A stretch of DNA of 64,000 nucleotides from Thermoanaerobaculia bacterium. GTDB taxonomy: Bacteria > Acidobacteriota > Thermoanaerobaculia > Multivoradales > JAHEKO01. This document shows positions 19,011 through 30,117 of the stretch, piece after piece. The notes under the pieces were generated by a model. The model saw nothing but the letters and a program-made list of their open reading frames with translations. It had not been told where the DNA came from and searched no databases. How positions within the stretch are numbered: position 1 is the stretch's first letter; each line of letters begins with the position of its first letter. The stretch covers positions 497 through 64,496 of the forward strand of contig CAMYLC010000098.1 in NCBI GenBank assembly GCA_947259195.1, in the 5' to 3' direction. The position numbers and the translations under genes are program-made.

Positions 19011-21644
19011 ATGAGCCCGAGGCAGCTGGTCGAGTTTTCGCTCAACGGTCGCTGGCAATCGCTGGCCATTCGGCCAGATGAGAGCCTTCTGGAGACCCTG
19101 CGCAATCAGTGCAGGATCCTCTCCACCAAGGATGGCTGCCAGCCACAGGGTCAATGTGGCTGTTGCCTGGCACTGATCGACGGCCTGCCAAAAGTCTCCT
19201 GTGCCGTGCCGACAAGCCGCGTTCAGGACAAGGAGATCCTCACCCTGGAGGGTCTACCCGAGGAGGAGCGCCGGCTGATCGGGCGCTGTTTCGTGGCCGC
19301 GGCCGGGCTGCAATGTGGCTACTGCATTCCCGGATTCGCACTCCAGGCCAAACACCTCCTGGATCACAACCCTTCTCCCAGCCGTGCGGAGATCGCCCGT
19401 GCCATCAACGGTCACCTGTGCCGCTGCACCGGCTACGTCAAGATCATCGATGCCATCGAGCTCCTGGCGACGGCGCGGCGGGGAGAGGGTGAGCCCGAGC
19501 TGGATCGCAGCGGCGGCGTCGGGTGCTCACTGGCCCGGCACGGAGGCGAAGAGATGACGCTCGGGGACCGGCCCTACGTGGACGACCTGCAGAGGACGGG
19601 GATGCTGCACGGTGCCGTGGTTCTCTCGCCGCACGCTCGGGCCAGGGTCGTGCGGATCGACACCTCCGCGGCGCGAGCCACCCCTGGAGTCGTGGCCGTA
19701 GCCACCGCCGAAGATGTGCCGGGAGACCGCTGGGTGGGTCTTCTCTACGGCGATTGGCCAGTGTTTGTCGCCGAAGGAGAAGAAGTGCGATATGTCGGCG
19801 ACGTGCTGGCCGCCGTAGCGGCGGAGGACGAAGCCACTGCGCGACAGGCGTCGCAGTTGGTGAAGGTGGAGTATGAAGTCCTGGAGCCGGTACTGGAGCC
19901 CGTCTGGGCACTCGAGGAGAGCGCCCCGCAGGTCAACCCAAGGCACGAAAATCTCCTCTCCGAGACCTTCGTGCAGCGAGGCAACGCGGAAGAGGCCCTC
20001 GCCGCCAGTGCCCACACGGTGAGCGGCACCTGGCGGACCCAGCGGATCGAGCACCTTTATCTGGAACCCGAAAGCGCCCTCGCCGAGCCCCTGCCGGACG
20101 GACGCCTGAAACTCTATTCCCAGGGACAAGGGATCTTCGATGATCGACGCCAGGTAGCCTCCGCTCTGGGCTTCGACCCGCAGGAACTGGAAGTCGAGCT
20201 GGTCCCCAACGGCGGCGCCTTCGGGGGCAAGGAGGACATGTCGATTCAGGCCCAGACCGCGCTGTTGGCCCGAATGACCGAGCGGCCCGTAAAGATCGCG
20301 CTCAACCGCGAAGAGTCCATCCGACTCCACCCCAAGCGCCACCCGATCACGATGCGCTACAAAGTAGGCTGCGACGCTGAAGGCAGGTTGACGGCTGTCG
20401 AGGCGGACATGATTGGCGATACCGGTGCCTACGCTTCGGTCGGTTCCAAGGTCCTCGAGCGAGCTGCCGGACACGCATGTGGACCCTACCGGGTGCCCAA
20501 CGTCTCCATCGTGGCTCGAGCCGTGATGACCAACAATCCGCCGTGCGGAGCCATGCGTGGGTTCGGCGCCAACCAGGCTCACTTCGCCATCGAGGGGGCC
20601 CTCGATCTGCTGGCCGCCAAGGTGGGCCTCGATGGCTGGGAGATGCGGTGGCGCAACGCGCTGGAAGTGGGAGACGCCACCACCACTGGACAGGTCCTGG
20701 AGAAGTCGGTGGGTCTCAAACAGTGCCTGCTGGAGGTCAAAGAACTGTACATGCAAGCCCTTGCTGCCGGGCGTGCCGTAGGCATCGGCTGCGGCATCAA
20801 GAACAGCGGCATCGGCAACGGGGCCAAGGAGTGGGGCCGAGCCCGACTCGTGGTCGAAGAGGACAGCAGCGTATCGCTCTACAACGGCTATACCGAAATG
20901 GGTCAGGGGCTGCTCACGGTCCTGATCCAGATTGCCACAGAGATTACCGGCCTGGCTCCTGCGACCTTCGTTCCCAAAGTCGATTCGACCTTCGAGCTGG
21001 ATTGCGGGCAGACGACGGGCTCGCGCGCGACGCTCTTTGGTGGCTTGGCAGTGGAGAAGGCCGCCAAGGGGCTCCGAGGTGATTTAGCCAAAGGCAGGCG
21101 CCTCGCGGATCTGGTCGGGAGCATCTATGAAGGCGAGGTCCTGATCGATGACACCACAGCACCCGGTGCGGAATCCGGCCGAATCAAGACCCACACAGCG
21201 TACGGCTTCGCGGCGCAGGTCTGCATCCTCGACACCGAGGGACGGGTGCAGCGAGTCGTGGCCGCCCACGACGTCGGCAGGGCGATCAATCCCGCCCTCT
21301 GCGAAGGGCAGATCGAAGGCTCGGTGCACATGGGCGTGGGCTACGCCCTCACCGAGGAGCTACCTTGCCCGAACGGTATGCCTGCCACCTTCAAGCTCCG
21401 CGAGCTCGGAGTTCTCCGCGCCCGGGACATGCCCGAGGTCGAGGTTCTTCTCGTTGAGGACCACGAGCCCGAGGGACCCTTCGGCGCGAAAGGGGTCGGC
21501 GAGATCGGCCTGGTGCCGACGGCCGCTGCGGTGGCAGGTGCACTCGAAGCGTACGACGGCATTCGCCGGTATACCCTGCCCATGAAGGATTCGCCAGCCG
21601 CCCAGGCCATGTCGGTCGGCAGGATTCGCGGACACCGATCGTGA
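19011..21644 (+). CDS. fused [2Fe-2S] + molybdopterin Mo-hydroxylase without an FAD domain (XdhD / D. gigas MOP architecture)
   Basis: N-terminal CQPQGQCGCC and LQCGYCIPGF...CRCTGY, then the Mo domain with GGAFGGKED and MRGFGANQ. 877 aa. Confidence 0.9.
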   Translation: MSPRQLVEFSLNGRWQSLAIRPDESLLETLRNQCRILSTKDGCQPQGQCGCCLALIDGLPKVSCAVPTSRVQDKEILTLEGLPEEERRLIGRCFVAAAGLQCGYCIPGFALQAKHLLDHNPSPSRAEIARAINGHLCRCTGYVKIIDAIELLATARRGEGEPELDRSGGVGCSLARHGGEEMTLGDRPYVDDLQRTGMLHGAVVLSPHARARVVRIDTSAARATPGVVAVATAEDVPGDRWVGLLYGDWPVFVAEGEEVRYVGDVLAAVAAEDEATARQASQLVKVEYEVLEPVLEPVWALEESAPQVNPRHENLLSETFVQRGNAEEALAASAHTVSGTWRTQRIEHLYLEPESALAEPLPDGRLKLYSQGQGIFDDRRQVASALGFDPQELEVELVPNGGAFGGKEDMSIQAQTALLARMTERPVKIALNREESIRLHPKRHPITMRYKVGCDAEGRLTAVEADMIGDTGAYASVGSKVLERAAGHACGPYRVPNVSIVARAVMTNNPPCGAMRGFGANQAHFAIEGALDLLAAKVGLDGWEMRWRNALEVGDATTTGQVLEKSVGLKQCLLEVKELYMQALAAGRAVGIGCGIKNSGIGNGAKEWGRARLVVEEDSSVSLYNGYTEMGQGLLTVLIQIATEITGLAPATFVPKVDSTFELDCGQTTGSRATLFGGLAVEKAAKGLRGDLAKGRRLADLVGSIYEGEVLIDDTTAPGAESGRIKTHTAYGFAAQVCILDTEGRVQRVVAAHDVGRAINPALCEGQIEGSVHMGVGYALTEELPCPNGMPATFKLRELGVLRARDMPEVEVLLVEDHEPEGPFGAKGVGEIGLVPTAAAVAGALEAYDGIRRYTLPMKDSPAAQAMSVGRIRGHRS

Positions 21645-22864
21645 CCCCAGACCAACTTCCTTTCTTCGGCCCTGATCGGGAAGGCAAAGTCCTCGTCGCA
21701 GAGGCCGGACGCATCGCTCGGTTGGACGACGAGGCCGCGGTGGGCAAAATCATGAAGCCGGTCCTCAACTGCGCGGAGGCTCGAATCGAGCCGGGTAGGG
21801 TCAACGCCCACACCCACATCTACAGCGGGCTGGCGCCCCTCGGTATGCCTGCTCCGAAGCAGGCGCCGGAGAACTTTTTGCAGATTTTGGAGCGTGTGTG
21901 GTGGCGGCTCGATCGGGCCCTCGACGAGGAATCCCTCCGCGCCTCGGCCCGATACTACGTTGCCCAGGCGCTCATCGCCGGCACCACGACCTTGGTCGAC
22001 CATCACGAGTCGCCGAATTTCATCGATGGCTCGCTGGAGATTCTGGCCAACGCCTGTCAGGAGCTCGGCCTGCGAGCTGTGCTGTGTTACGGAGCGACGG
22101 AGCGTAACGGCGGCCCCGAGGAGGCACACCGCGGTCTCGAGGAGTGTCGCCGGTTTCTCCGATCCAACAACCGCTCGTTGGTCCGAGGAGTCGTCGGATT
22201 GCACGCCTCCTTCACCGTCTCAGACGAGACGCTCGAAGAGGCTGCCGGCCTGTGCCAGGAGCTCGACACCGTAGTACACGTACATCTGGCCGAGGATCTG
22301 GCCGATGTCGAGGATGCGATCGGTCGGGGTTACGACGGGCCGTTGGAGCGGTTGCTCCACTTCGGCACCCTACCGCCTGGCTCGATTCTGGCTCACTGCG
22401 TCCACTGCCAGGCTGCGCAGGTCCGCTCCGCTGCCGCCAACGACCTGTGGATCGTGCAGAACCCTCGCTCGAATCGGGGCAACGGCGTGGGCTACCCTGC
22501 GGCCCTCGGCGAGAGCGACCGAGTGGCGCTCGGAACCGACGGCTACCCAGCCCGCATGGAAGACGAGGCTCGGGCCCTGAGGGGGGAGGCGACCAAGCAC
22601 GGCGAAACAGCGTCCGTCGTCGACGCCCGAGTACGGGGCGGCTACCGGCTCGGAACCGATCGCTTCGGCCTCCAATTGGCTCCGTTGACACGGGGTGGCG
22701 CCGCTGATTTCATTGTGCGTGACAAGGACCGGGTCCGCCATGTCGGGGTCGCTGGTCGTGTCGTGGTTCGAGACGGCAGCTTGACGACTGCCGACCTGGA
22801 TGAAATCCAAGCTCACGCGCAGGAGCAGGCCCATCGCCTGTGGGATCGCGTGAGCTCCGTCTAG
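21641..22864 (+). CDS. ssnA: SsnA-type amidohydrolase
   Basis: [12 protein letters not shown] and [17 protein letters not shown] match E. coli SsnA almost exactly as I remember it ([13 protein letters not shown]). GTGA overlap with the upstream gene. Confidence 0.85.
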   Translation: MTPDQLPFFGPDREGKVLVAEAGRIARLDDEAAVGKIMKPVLNCAEARIEPGRVNAHTHIYSGLAPLGMPAPKQAPENFLQILERVWWRLDRALDEESLRASARYYVAQALIAGTTTLVDHHESPNFIDGSLEILANACQELGLRAVLCYGATERNGGPEEAHRGLEECRRFLRSNNRSLVRGVVGLHASFTVSDETLEEAAGLCQELDTVVHVHLAEDLADVEDAIGRGYDGPLERLLHFGTLPPGSILAHCVHCQAAQVRSAAANDLWIVQNPRSNRGNGVGYPAALGESDRVALGTDGYPARMEDEARALRGEATKHGETASVVDARVRGGYRLGTDRFGLQLAPLTRGGAADFIVRDKDRVRHVGVAGRVVVRDGSLTTADLDEIQAHAQEQAHRLWDRVSSV

Positions 22865-22880
22865 CGGGAGGAACCGTGTC

Positions 22881-24371
<1,491 letters not shown>

Positions 24372-24402
24372 GGTAGTCTCGGCCGCGACCCGAGATCGCA
24401 TC

Positions 24403-25842
24403 ATGAAGCCAGCATCGACTCTCGTCTGTCAGGGTTGCGGCCATCAGGTGCCGCCCAACGAGCCTCGTCCGTTCCGCTGCCCACAGGCCGAGCAGGACGA
24501 CGACATCGATCACGTCCTCCGGCGCGTCCTCGACCCCTCCGTCCTGAAGTCGGCCGAGGAGCTGAGCCGGCCCTTCATCAGCGATCTTCCCAGCACTTTC
24601 CTGAGATACGGGCGGCTGCTTCACAGCTATCAGACCGCCCGCCACCTGGGCCTCGACGACACGAGCTTCGCCAGACTGGTGAATCGGCTGGACGCCGCAG
24701 CGGAAAAGACCGACGGCCGCGGGTTCCGCATCACCCCCTTTGCTCCGGCCGACAAGCTGGCTCAGGCGCTCGACCTCGAACCCGGCAGCCTTTGGATCAA
24801 AGACGAAACCGGCAATGTCTCCGGATCCCACAAGGCTCGACACCTGATGGGCCTCATGATCTGGTTGGAAATGGGGAGGCAGCTCTGGCCAGAGAACTTC
24901 GAGTCCACCCCCAGGTTGGCGATTGCCAGCTGTGGCAACGCCGCCTTGGGGGCCGCGGTCGTGGCTCGAGCCATGGGCTACCCGCTCGACGTCTACGTGC
25001 CGACTTGGGCGGATGCGGCCGTCACGGCGCGGCTCGCCGAGCTCGGCGCCACGCTCGTTGCCTGCCCCAGAGAGGGGTCGATAACCGGCGACCCCTGCTA
25101 CCACCACTTCCGGGAAGCCGTCAGCCAGGGGGCGCTGCCCTTTACCTGCCAAGGAACGGAGAACGGACTGGTCATCGAGGGGGGCAAGACCTTGGTTTGG
25201 GAGATGGTCTCGACCCTCATGCTCGAGGAACGCGTGTTGGACCACCTCTGCATCCAGGTCGGCGGAGGAGCTCTGGCCAGCGCCTGCATCCAGGGACTGT
25301 TCGAGGCGCGAAGCGCCGGCGTCCTCCAGCGGCTACCGGCCATCCACACTGTGCAGACGTCGGGCGCCAGTCCGCTGCATCGGGCTTGGGAAGCCATCAT
25401 GGAGAGGGCTCTCGTCCGCCACCAGCGCGAGACGCGTGAAATTCCCCCTCATCTCGGTAGCGATACAGAACGAGCGGAGTTCGTGCGCGACCGGGTCTCT
25501 CCAGCTCTCGTCCAGGATGAGCTTCACTATGCCGCCACGCACCGTTCAGAGTTCATGTGGCCCTGGGAAGAGGAGCCGATCAGCATCGCCACCGGCATCC
25601 TGGACGACGAGACCTACGACTGGCTGGCCGTGGTCGAGGGCATGCTGCTGACCGGTGGCGTGCCTCTGGTCGTCGACGAGCAGACGCTGGAGAAAGCACA
25701 CGGTCTAGCCCGCGAGCACACCTCCGTATCTGTCGAACCCACAGGCACCGCGGGTCTGGCAGGACTAATGGAGCTGCAACGCCGAAAAGCGATCCAGCCC
25801 GACGAGACTCTTGGCGTCCTGTTCTCGGGTGTCGAGAGGTAG
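24403..25842 (+). CDS. threonine-synthase-like fold-type-II PLP enzyme with N-terminal Cys ribbon
   Basis: CQGCGHQV...FRCP ribbon, LWIKDETGNVSGSHKARH (PLP lysine region) and ASCGNAALGAAV. Confidence 0.7.
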   Translation: MKPASTLVCQGCGHQVPPNEPRPFRCPQAEQDDDIDHVLRRVLDPSVLKSAEELSRPFISDLPSTFLRYGRLLHSYQTARHLGLDDTSFARLVNRLDAAAEKTDGRGFRITPFAPADKLAQALDLEPGSLWIKDETGNVSGSHKARHLMGLMIWLEMGRQLWPENFESTPRLAIASCGNAALGAAVVARAMGYPLDVYVPTWADAAVTARLAELGATLVACPREGSITGDPCYHHFREAVSQGALPFTCQGTENGLVIEGGKTLVWEMVSTLMLEERVLDHLCIQVGGGALASACIQGLFEARSAGVLQRLPAIHTVQTSGASPLHRAWEAIMERALVRHQRETREIPPHLGSDTERAEFVRDRVSPALVQDELHYAATHRSEFMWPWEEEPISIATGILDDETYDWLAVVEGMLLTGGVPLVVDEQTLEKAHGLAREHTSVSVEPTGTAGLAGLMELQRRKAIQPDETLGVLFSGVER

Positions 25843-25898
25843 GGACATACAATCAACAGCGGTAACCGCTACCATGGGTGAGGTAGCAGGTAGGCACA

Positions 25899-26321
25899 AT
25901 GCCCAGTCGACGGACACTCCTCTTCATCGACGGCTTCGTCAACCTGGTCCTGGGGATCCTTTTGCTCTTCTTCCCAGACTGGTTGGTCTCGGCACTCGGC
26001 ATTCCGACTGCCGAATCGGCTTTCTACCCCAACCTGCTCGGTGCCGTGTTGACCGGTATCGGAATCGCCCTGCTGGTCGAGCGATCTCGGGCGCCCTCGG
26101 CCTCGAACGGCCTCGGTCTCATCGGCGCGGTCGCCATCAACCTCTGTGCCGCCACGGTCCTGGCCGGTTGGCTCGTCTTCGGCGAGCTCGACCTGCCACG
26201 ACGCGGGGTGTTCTTTCTCTGGGGGATCGTATTGCTGGTCATGGGACTGGGTGTGGTCGAGCTCCAACGGGAACTCAACGTCGGCGAGCAGGTCGAGCCA
26301 AAGCCCAAGGAGGTGAGGTGA
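25899..26321 (+). CDS. small 4-TM membrane protein, hypothetical
   Basis: 140 aa with four clear hydrophobic helices and no recognisable motif. Confidence 0.45.
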   Translation: MPSRRTLLFIDGFVNLVLGILLLFFPDWLVSALGIPTAESAFYPNLLGAVLTGIGIALLVERSRAPSASNGLGLIGAVAINLCAATVLAGWLVFGELDLPRRGVFFLWGIVLLVMGLGVVELQRELNVGEQVEPKPKEVR

Positions 26322-26511
26322 TGGGTACGCTGGCAGAGCGCAACAAAGACATCGCGCTGCAGGCATTCGCGCTATTGGAGGCCGGTCGGTTCGATGAGCT
26401 GTCTGACTTTTGAACGACCGATCGCACGTCATATACTCACCTGCAACTTTCGCCGCACCCTAGAACCACAGGCTTACTGAAACGCCTGTTTCGACAGAAG
26501 AGGAGAACTTC

Positions 26512-27462
26512 ATGAGTGACAAGAAGATCATTGCCGTCGTCGGAGCGACCGGTGCGCAGGGTGGTGGCTTGGTGCGCGCCATCCTCGACGACGAGAGCGG
26601 GCCCTTCACGGCGCGCGCCATCACGAGAAATGTCGAATCGGCGAAGGCGCAAGAGCTCGCCAGGCTGGGCGCCGAGGTCGTCGCCGCCGACATCGACGAC
26701 CCGCAGAGTCTCGAAAGTGCCTTGGACGGCGCCTATGGCGCCTACTTCGTGACCTTCTTCTGGGAGCACTTCTCGCCGGAGAAGGAGATGGCCCACGTCC
26801 GAGCCATGGCCGAGGCCGCCAAGCACGCCGGGCTCCAGCACGTTGTCTGGTCGACCCTCGAAGACACCCGTAATTGGGTACCGCTCGACGACGACTCGAT
26901 GCCGACGCTGATGGAGGGCTACAAGGTGCCGCATTTCGATGCCAAGGGTGCGTCCAACCGTTTCTTCACCGAGCTCGGCGTTCCCGTGACCTTCCTGCTG
27001 ACGTCCTTCTACTGGGACAACTTCATTTACTTCGGAATGGGACCGCAGAAGGGTCCTGACGGCAACTACGCCATCGCCTTTCCCATGGATGACAAGTTGT
27101 TGCCGGGAATCGCCGCCGAAGACATCGGCCGAGCCGCCTATGGAATCTTCAAGCAGGGGCCCGAGCTCATCGGCAAAACCGTGGGGATCGCCGGCGAGCA
27201 CCTGTCGGGCACGGAGATGGCCGAGGCTCTCGGCAAGGCTCTGGGACTCGAGGTGGCCTACAACTCGGTGCCGCCCGAGGTCTACCGCAGCTTCGACTTC
27301 CCTGGCGCGGAAGACCTGGGCAACATGTTCCAGTTCAAGCGCGACTTCAACGACTACTACTGCGGTGTGCGCAAGATCGACGAGACTCGGGCTCTCAACC
27401 CGAGCCTGCAGACTTTCGGCGACTGGCTCGCCCGCAACGCGAGCCGCATCCCGATAGAGTAG
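26512..27462 (+). CDS. NmrA-family NAD(P)-binding protein
   Basis: IAVVGATGAQGGGLV Rossmann motif with NmrA-like length and C-terminal region. GAGGAGAA SD. Confidence 0.9.
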   Translation: MSDKKIIAVVGATGAQGGGLVRAILDDESGPFTARAITRNVESAKAQELARLGAEVVAADIDDPQSLESALDGAYGAYFVTFFWEHFSPEKEMAHVRAMAEAAKHAGLQHVVWSTLEDTRNWVPLDDDSMPTLMEGYKVPHFDAKGASNRFFTELGVPVTFLLTSFYWDNFIYFGMGPQKGPDGNYAIAFPMDDKLLPGIAAEDIGRAAYGIFKQGPELIGKTVGIAGEHLSGTEMAEALGKALGLEVAYNSVPPEVYRSFDFPGAEDLGNMFQFKRDFNDYYCGVRKIDETRALNPSLQTFGDWLARNASRIPIE

Positions 27463-27506
27463 TCGGGCAAGAAGGATTCAACATCGAGACCGACGGGGAG
27501 ATACGG

Positions 27507-27743
27507 ATGATCCGACTGCGCATCAAGGAGACCGGTACCGAGCTGGGATCCATCACCGAGGAAGACCTGCAATTCCTTATCGACAATCTGGAAGAAGAGT
27601 GGGAGGAGGACCAGGACTACTACCTCAACCGCCAGACCCTGGAAATGCTCAAAGGCCGCGGAATCTCTGCCTCCCTCGCCCAGATGCTCGAAGGTGCAAT
27701 GGGAGACCGCGACGATGTCGAGGTGGAATGGTCGCGGGGCTAA
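27507..27743 (+). CDS. small acidic conserved hypothetical protein
   Basis: 78 aa. ITEEDLQFLIDNLEEEWEEDQDYYLNRQTLEMLK resembles a widespread ~75-aa family of unknown function. Confidence 0.5.
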   Translation: MIRLRIKETGTELGSITEEDLQFLIDNLEEEWEEDQDYYLNRQTLEMLKGRGISASLAQMLEGAMGDRDDVEVEWSRG

Positions 27744-27749
27744 GGCTCA

Positions 27750-28103
27750 TTGGACCTGCTCTACTCGATCACGCTCTTGGTGTCCTTGACCACCGGTGCG
27801 CTGAGCCAACTTGCGGGCCTACTGGCCCTGGCGAGGACCTGGCGCCTGTATGCTGGAGAGTTTGAGAGTTCCTGGACTCAGGGCGTCTGCCGAGTCGCTA
27901 CCTCCGGGGCTCTGGTGTCGGTCGCCTTTACCATGGTCTCCATTGGGGTGCATCTGACCTTCGACCATCGACCGGGATCTACCGAAGGCCTTGGGCCCAA
28001 GGCGTTCTTTGCAACTCATCCCGCTTACCTCGGAGCCCTGTTCATGGCTGCCGCAGGGGCACTGCTCGCAAACCGCGCGAAATCCAGGCTCGAACGCCTT
28101 TGA
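27750..28103 (+). CDS. hypothetical membrane protein
   Basis: TTG start, three hydrophobic helices, no motif. Confidence 0.3.
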   Translation: MDLLYSITLLVSLTTGALSQLAGLLALARTWRLYAGEFESSWTQGVCRVATSGALVSVAFTMVSIGVHLTFDHRPGSTEGLGPKAFFATHPAYLGALFMAAAGALLANRAKSRLERL

Positions 28104-28169
28104 GAATGGGGTCTTAGGACACCTTCTCTCGATCGCGCTGACTGGCTGTTTCCGACTGAAGGAGGATTC

Positions 28170-28826
28170 ATGTTCCTAGGCCACTTCGGAGTTGGTTTCG
28201 GGGCCAAGCCTCTCGCTCCACGGACATCGCTGGGAACCCTGTTCCTGGCCGCGCAATTCATCGATCTGCTCTGGCCCATCCTTCTTCTCGTGGGATTCGA
28301 GCGGGTGGCGATCGTGCCGGGCATCACTCTCGTCACACCCCTGGACTTTGCCCATTACCCGTGGTCTCACAGTCTCCTTGCTGTGGTGATTTGGGGCCTC
28401 CTGTTCGGAGGTGTCTACTATCTGGTGAGGCGGTATCGAGCCGGAGCGTGGGTCTGCGGAGCAGCCGTCATCAGCCACTGGGTGCTCGACCTCCTGCTGC
28501 ATCGGCCCGATCTTCCCATCTTGCCCGGCGGCGACTATCGGGCGGGCTTTGGCCTCTGGAACTCTCTTGCGGCCACTCTGGTGATCGAGCTTGCGGTCTT
28601 CGCCGTGGGCCTGGCTCTCTACCTGCGAACGACGACCGCATCCGATCGTATTGGCTCGGTCGGCCTGTGGAGCCTGGTGGGCTTCCTTCTGCTGGTCTAT
28701 GCGGGAAATCTCTTCGGCGCTCCACCACCGAGTGTTCGCGCCATCGCGTGGCTCGGACAGGCGCAGTGGCTGCTGATCGCCTGGGGCTATTGGATCGACC
28801 GACATCGAACCGCCGTCAGGGGTTGA
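28170..28826 (+). CDS. polytopic membrane protein (membrane-embedded metal-hydrolase-like, His-rich loops), hypothetical
   Basis: 218 aa. MFLGHFGVGF..., PWSHSL and SHWVLDLLLHRPD with 6-7 TM helices. GAAGGAGGA SD. Confidence 0.5.
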   Translation: MFLGHFGVGFGAKPLAPRTSLGTLFLAAQFIDLLWPILLLVGFERVAIVPGITLVTPLDFAHYPWSHSLLAVVIWGLLFGGVYYLVRRYRAGAWVCGAAVISHWVLDLLLHRPDLPILPGGDYRAGFGLWNSLAATLVIELAVFAVGLALYLRTTTASDRIGSVGLWSLVGFLLLVYAGNLFGAPPPSVRAIAWLGQAQWLLIAWGYWIDRHRTAVRG

Positions 28827-28879
28827 CTGCGTTTCAGTCGCCGCCTCGATGCCATGTAGTTCGCCTGCTGCTGTCCTCT

Positions 28880-29821
28880 TCAGGGCACGATATGGGTGCC
28901 AGCACGGCCGTGAATGGCATCCTCGAGAAGGTCGGGTCGGGTGATGATCACCTCCTCACCGCCATGCTCTATGAAGTCGATCGCTGCCTCGATCTTGGGC
29001 TTCATACTGCCGGGCGGAAAGTGCCCTTCCTCGAGGTAGCCGCGGGCCTCGGCGACGGTCATTCGGTCGATTTCCCGCTGGTCGGGCTGCCCGAAGTTCA
29101 GCGCCACCCTGTCCACCGCCGTCGAGAGGATGAACTTCTCGGCGCCGAGATTGTTGGCCAAAAGGCACGACGCCCAGTCTTTGTCGATAACGGCACCCAC
29201 TCCCTCGAGGCTGCCGTCGTCCCGACGAACTACCGGGATGCCGCCGCCGCCGACCGCCACCACGACGATATCGTTCTCCAGCAGCATCTTGATGGCCGGC
29301 TCCTCGATGATTTCCAGCGGGCGAGGTGACGCGACGACCCGCCGCCAACCTCGGCCGGCGTCCTCGCGCATCACCCAACCCTCTTTGTCTTGATGCTCGC
29401 GCGCAGCCGCTTCGCTGTAGAAAGGACCGATCGGCTTGGAAGGACTCTGGAACCCCGGGTCAGCGGCATCGACGACGGTCTGGGTCACGATCGCCACCAC
29501 GCCCTTCTCGATACCCTGGCGGCGCAGCTCATTGTCCAAAGTCTGGCTGATCTGATACCCGATCGCGCCCTGGGTGTCGGCGCCACAACTGTCCAGTGGC
29601 ACCTGGTGCAGCACCTCCTTGGCAAGCTCGGAGCGCAACAGGATGAAGCCGACCTGGGGACCGTTGCCGTGTGTAATGACGACACGGTAACCCTCGGCAA
29701 CGATATCGGCGATGCGATCACTGGTCTCGCCACAGGCCCGGTACTGATCGAAAACCGTCGAGTGCTCGGCATCCTTGATCAGGGAGTTTCCACCGATTGC
29801 AATGACCACCAGCTTCTCCAT
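28880..29821 (-). CDS. arcC: carbamate kinase (ArcC/YqeA type)
   Basis: VIAIGGNSL, VITHGNGPQVG and AVDRVALNFG are classic carbamate-kinase motifs. 313 aa. Confidence 0.95.
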   Translation of the reverse strand: MEKLVVIAIGGNSLIKDAEHSTVFDQYRACGETSDRIADIVAEGYRVVITHGNGPQVGFILLRSELAKEVLHQVPLDSCGADTQGAIGYQISQTLDNELRRQGIEKGVVAIVTQTVVDAADPGFQSPSKPIGPFYSEAAAREHQDKEGWVMREDAGRGWRRVVASPRPLEIIEEPAIKMLLENDIVVVAVGGGGIPVVRRDDGSLEGVGAVIDKDWASCLLANNLGAEKFILSTAVDRVALNFGQPDQREIDRMTVAEARGYLEEGHFPPGSMKPKIEAAIDFIEHGGEEVIITRPDLLEDAIHGRAGTHIVP

Positions 29822-29868
29822 GGATCACCTCACTCGTAGTAGGTCTCTGGAACCAGACTCCTAGCCCG

Positions 29869-29879
29869 CATGATTCATG
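29869..29879. promoter_or_regulatory. 11-bp palindrome CATGATTCATG, candidate operator (site 1)
   Basis: Perfect CATGA-W-TCATG palindrome 48 nt upstream of the carbamate kinase ATG. A second copy is at 30025-30035. Confidence 0.3.
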
Positions 29880-30024
29880 AGCCCCACGGCATCTGGTGGA
29901 GATCACCCGCCGTCTCAGGCCGTCCTCGCTCGTCGCTCCTCGACAACATGCAAGGTTGCCTCCGGGGCTCCTGCCTGCGGGTGACCAGATCCGACAGACG
30001 CTTTCCACAATCTGCTCGCGCGGT

Positions 30025-30035
30025 CATGAATCATG
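30025..30035. promoter_or_regulatory. 11-bp palindrome CATGAATCATG, candidate operator (site 2)
   Basis: Same palindrome as site 1. It ends 10 nt upstream of a TATTAT -10-like hexamer (30046-30051), ahead of the pyrB-like gene. Confidence 0.3.
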
Positions 30036-30117
30036 CGAGCTGAGCTATTATGCCGCTTCCAGGCCCATTCAAGGGTCTGGATTCTACGACCCCCTGATTC
30101 GGGAGGAGGCTTTTTCA

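Noticed and set aside
25858-25870. 13-nt perfect palindrome AGCGGTAACCGCT, 16 nt after the second PLP gene.
   Set aside because: A single copy. The loop is too small for a stable terminator hairpin and there is no T-run, so no function can be assigned.
26321-26413. 30-codon ORF (MGTLAERNKDIALQAFALLEAGRFDELSDF) in a TGATG overlap after the small membrane protein. It resembles the first helix of SnoaL/NTF2-like proteins.
   Set aside because: Too short to be a functional domain and there is no continuation in any frame. It is probably a remnant, not reported as a gene.
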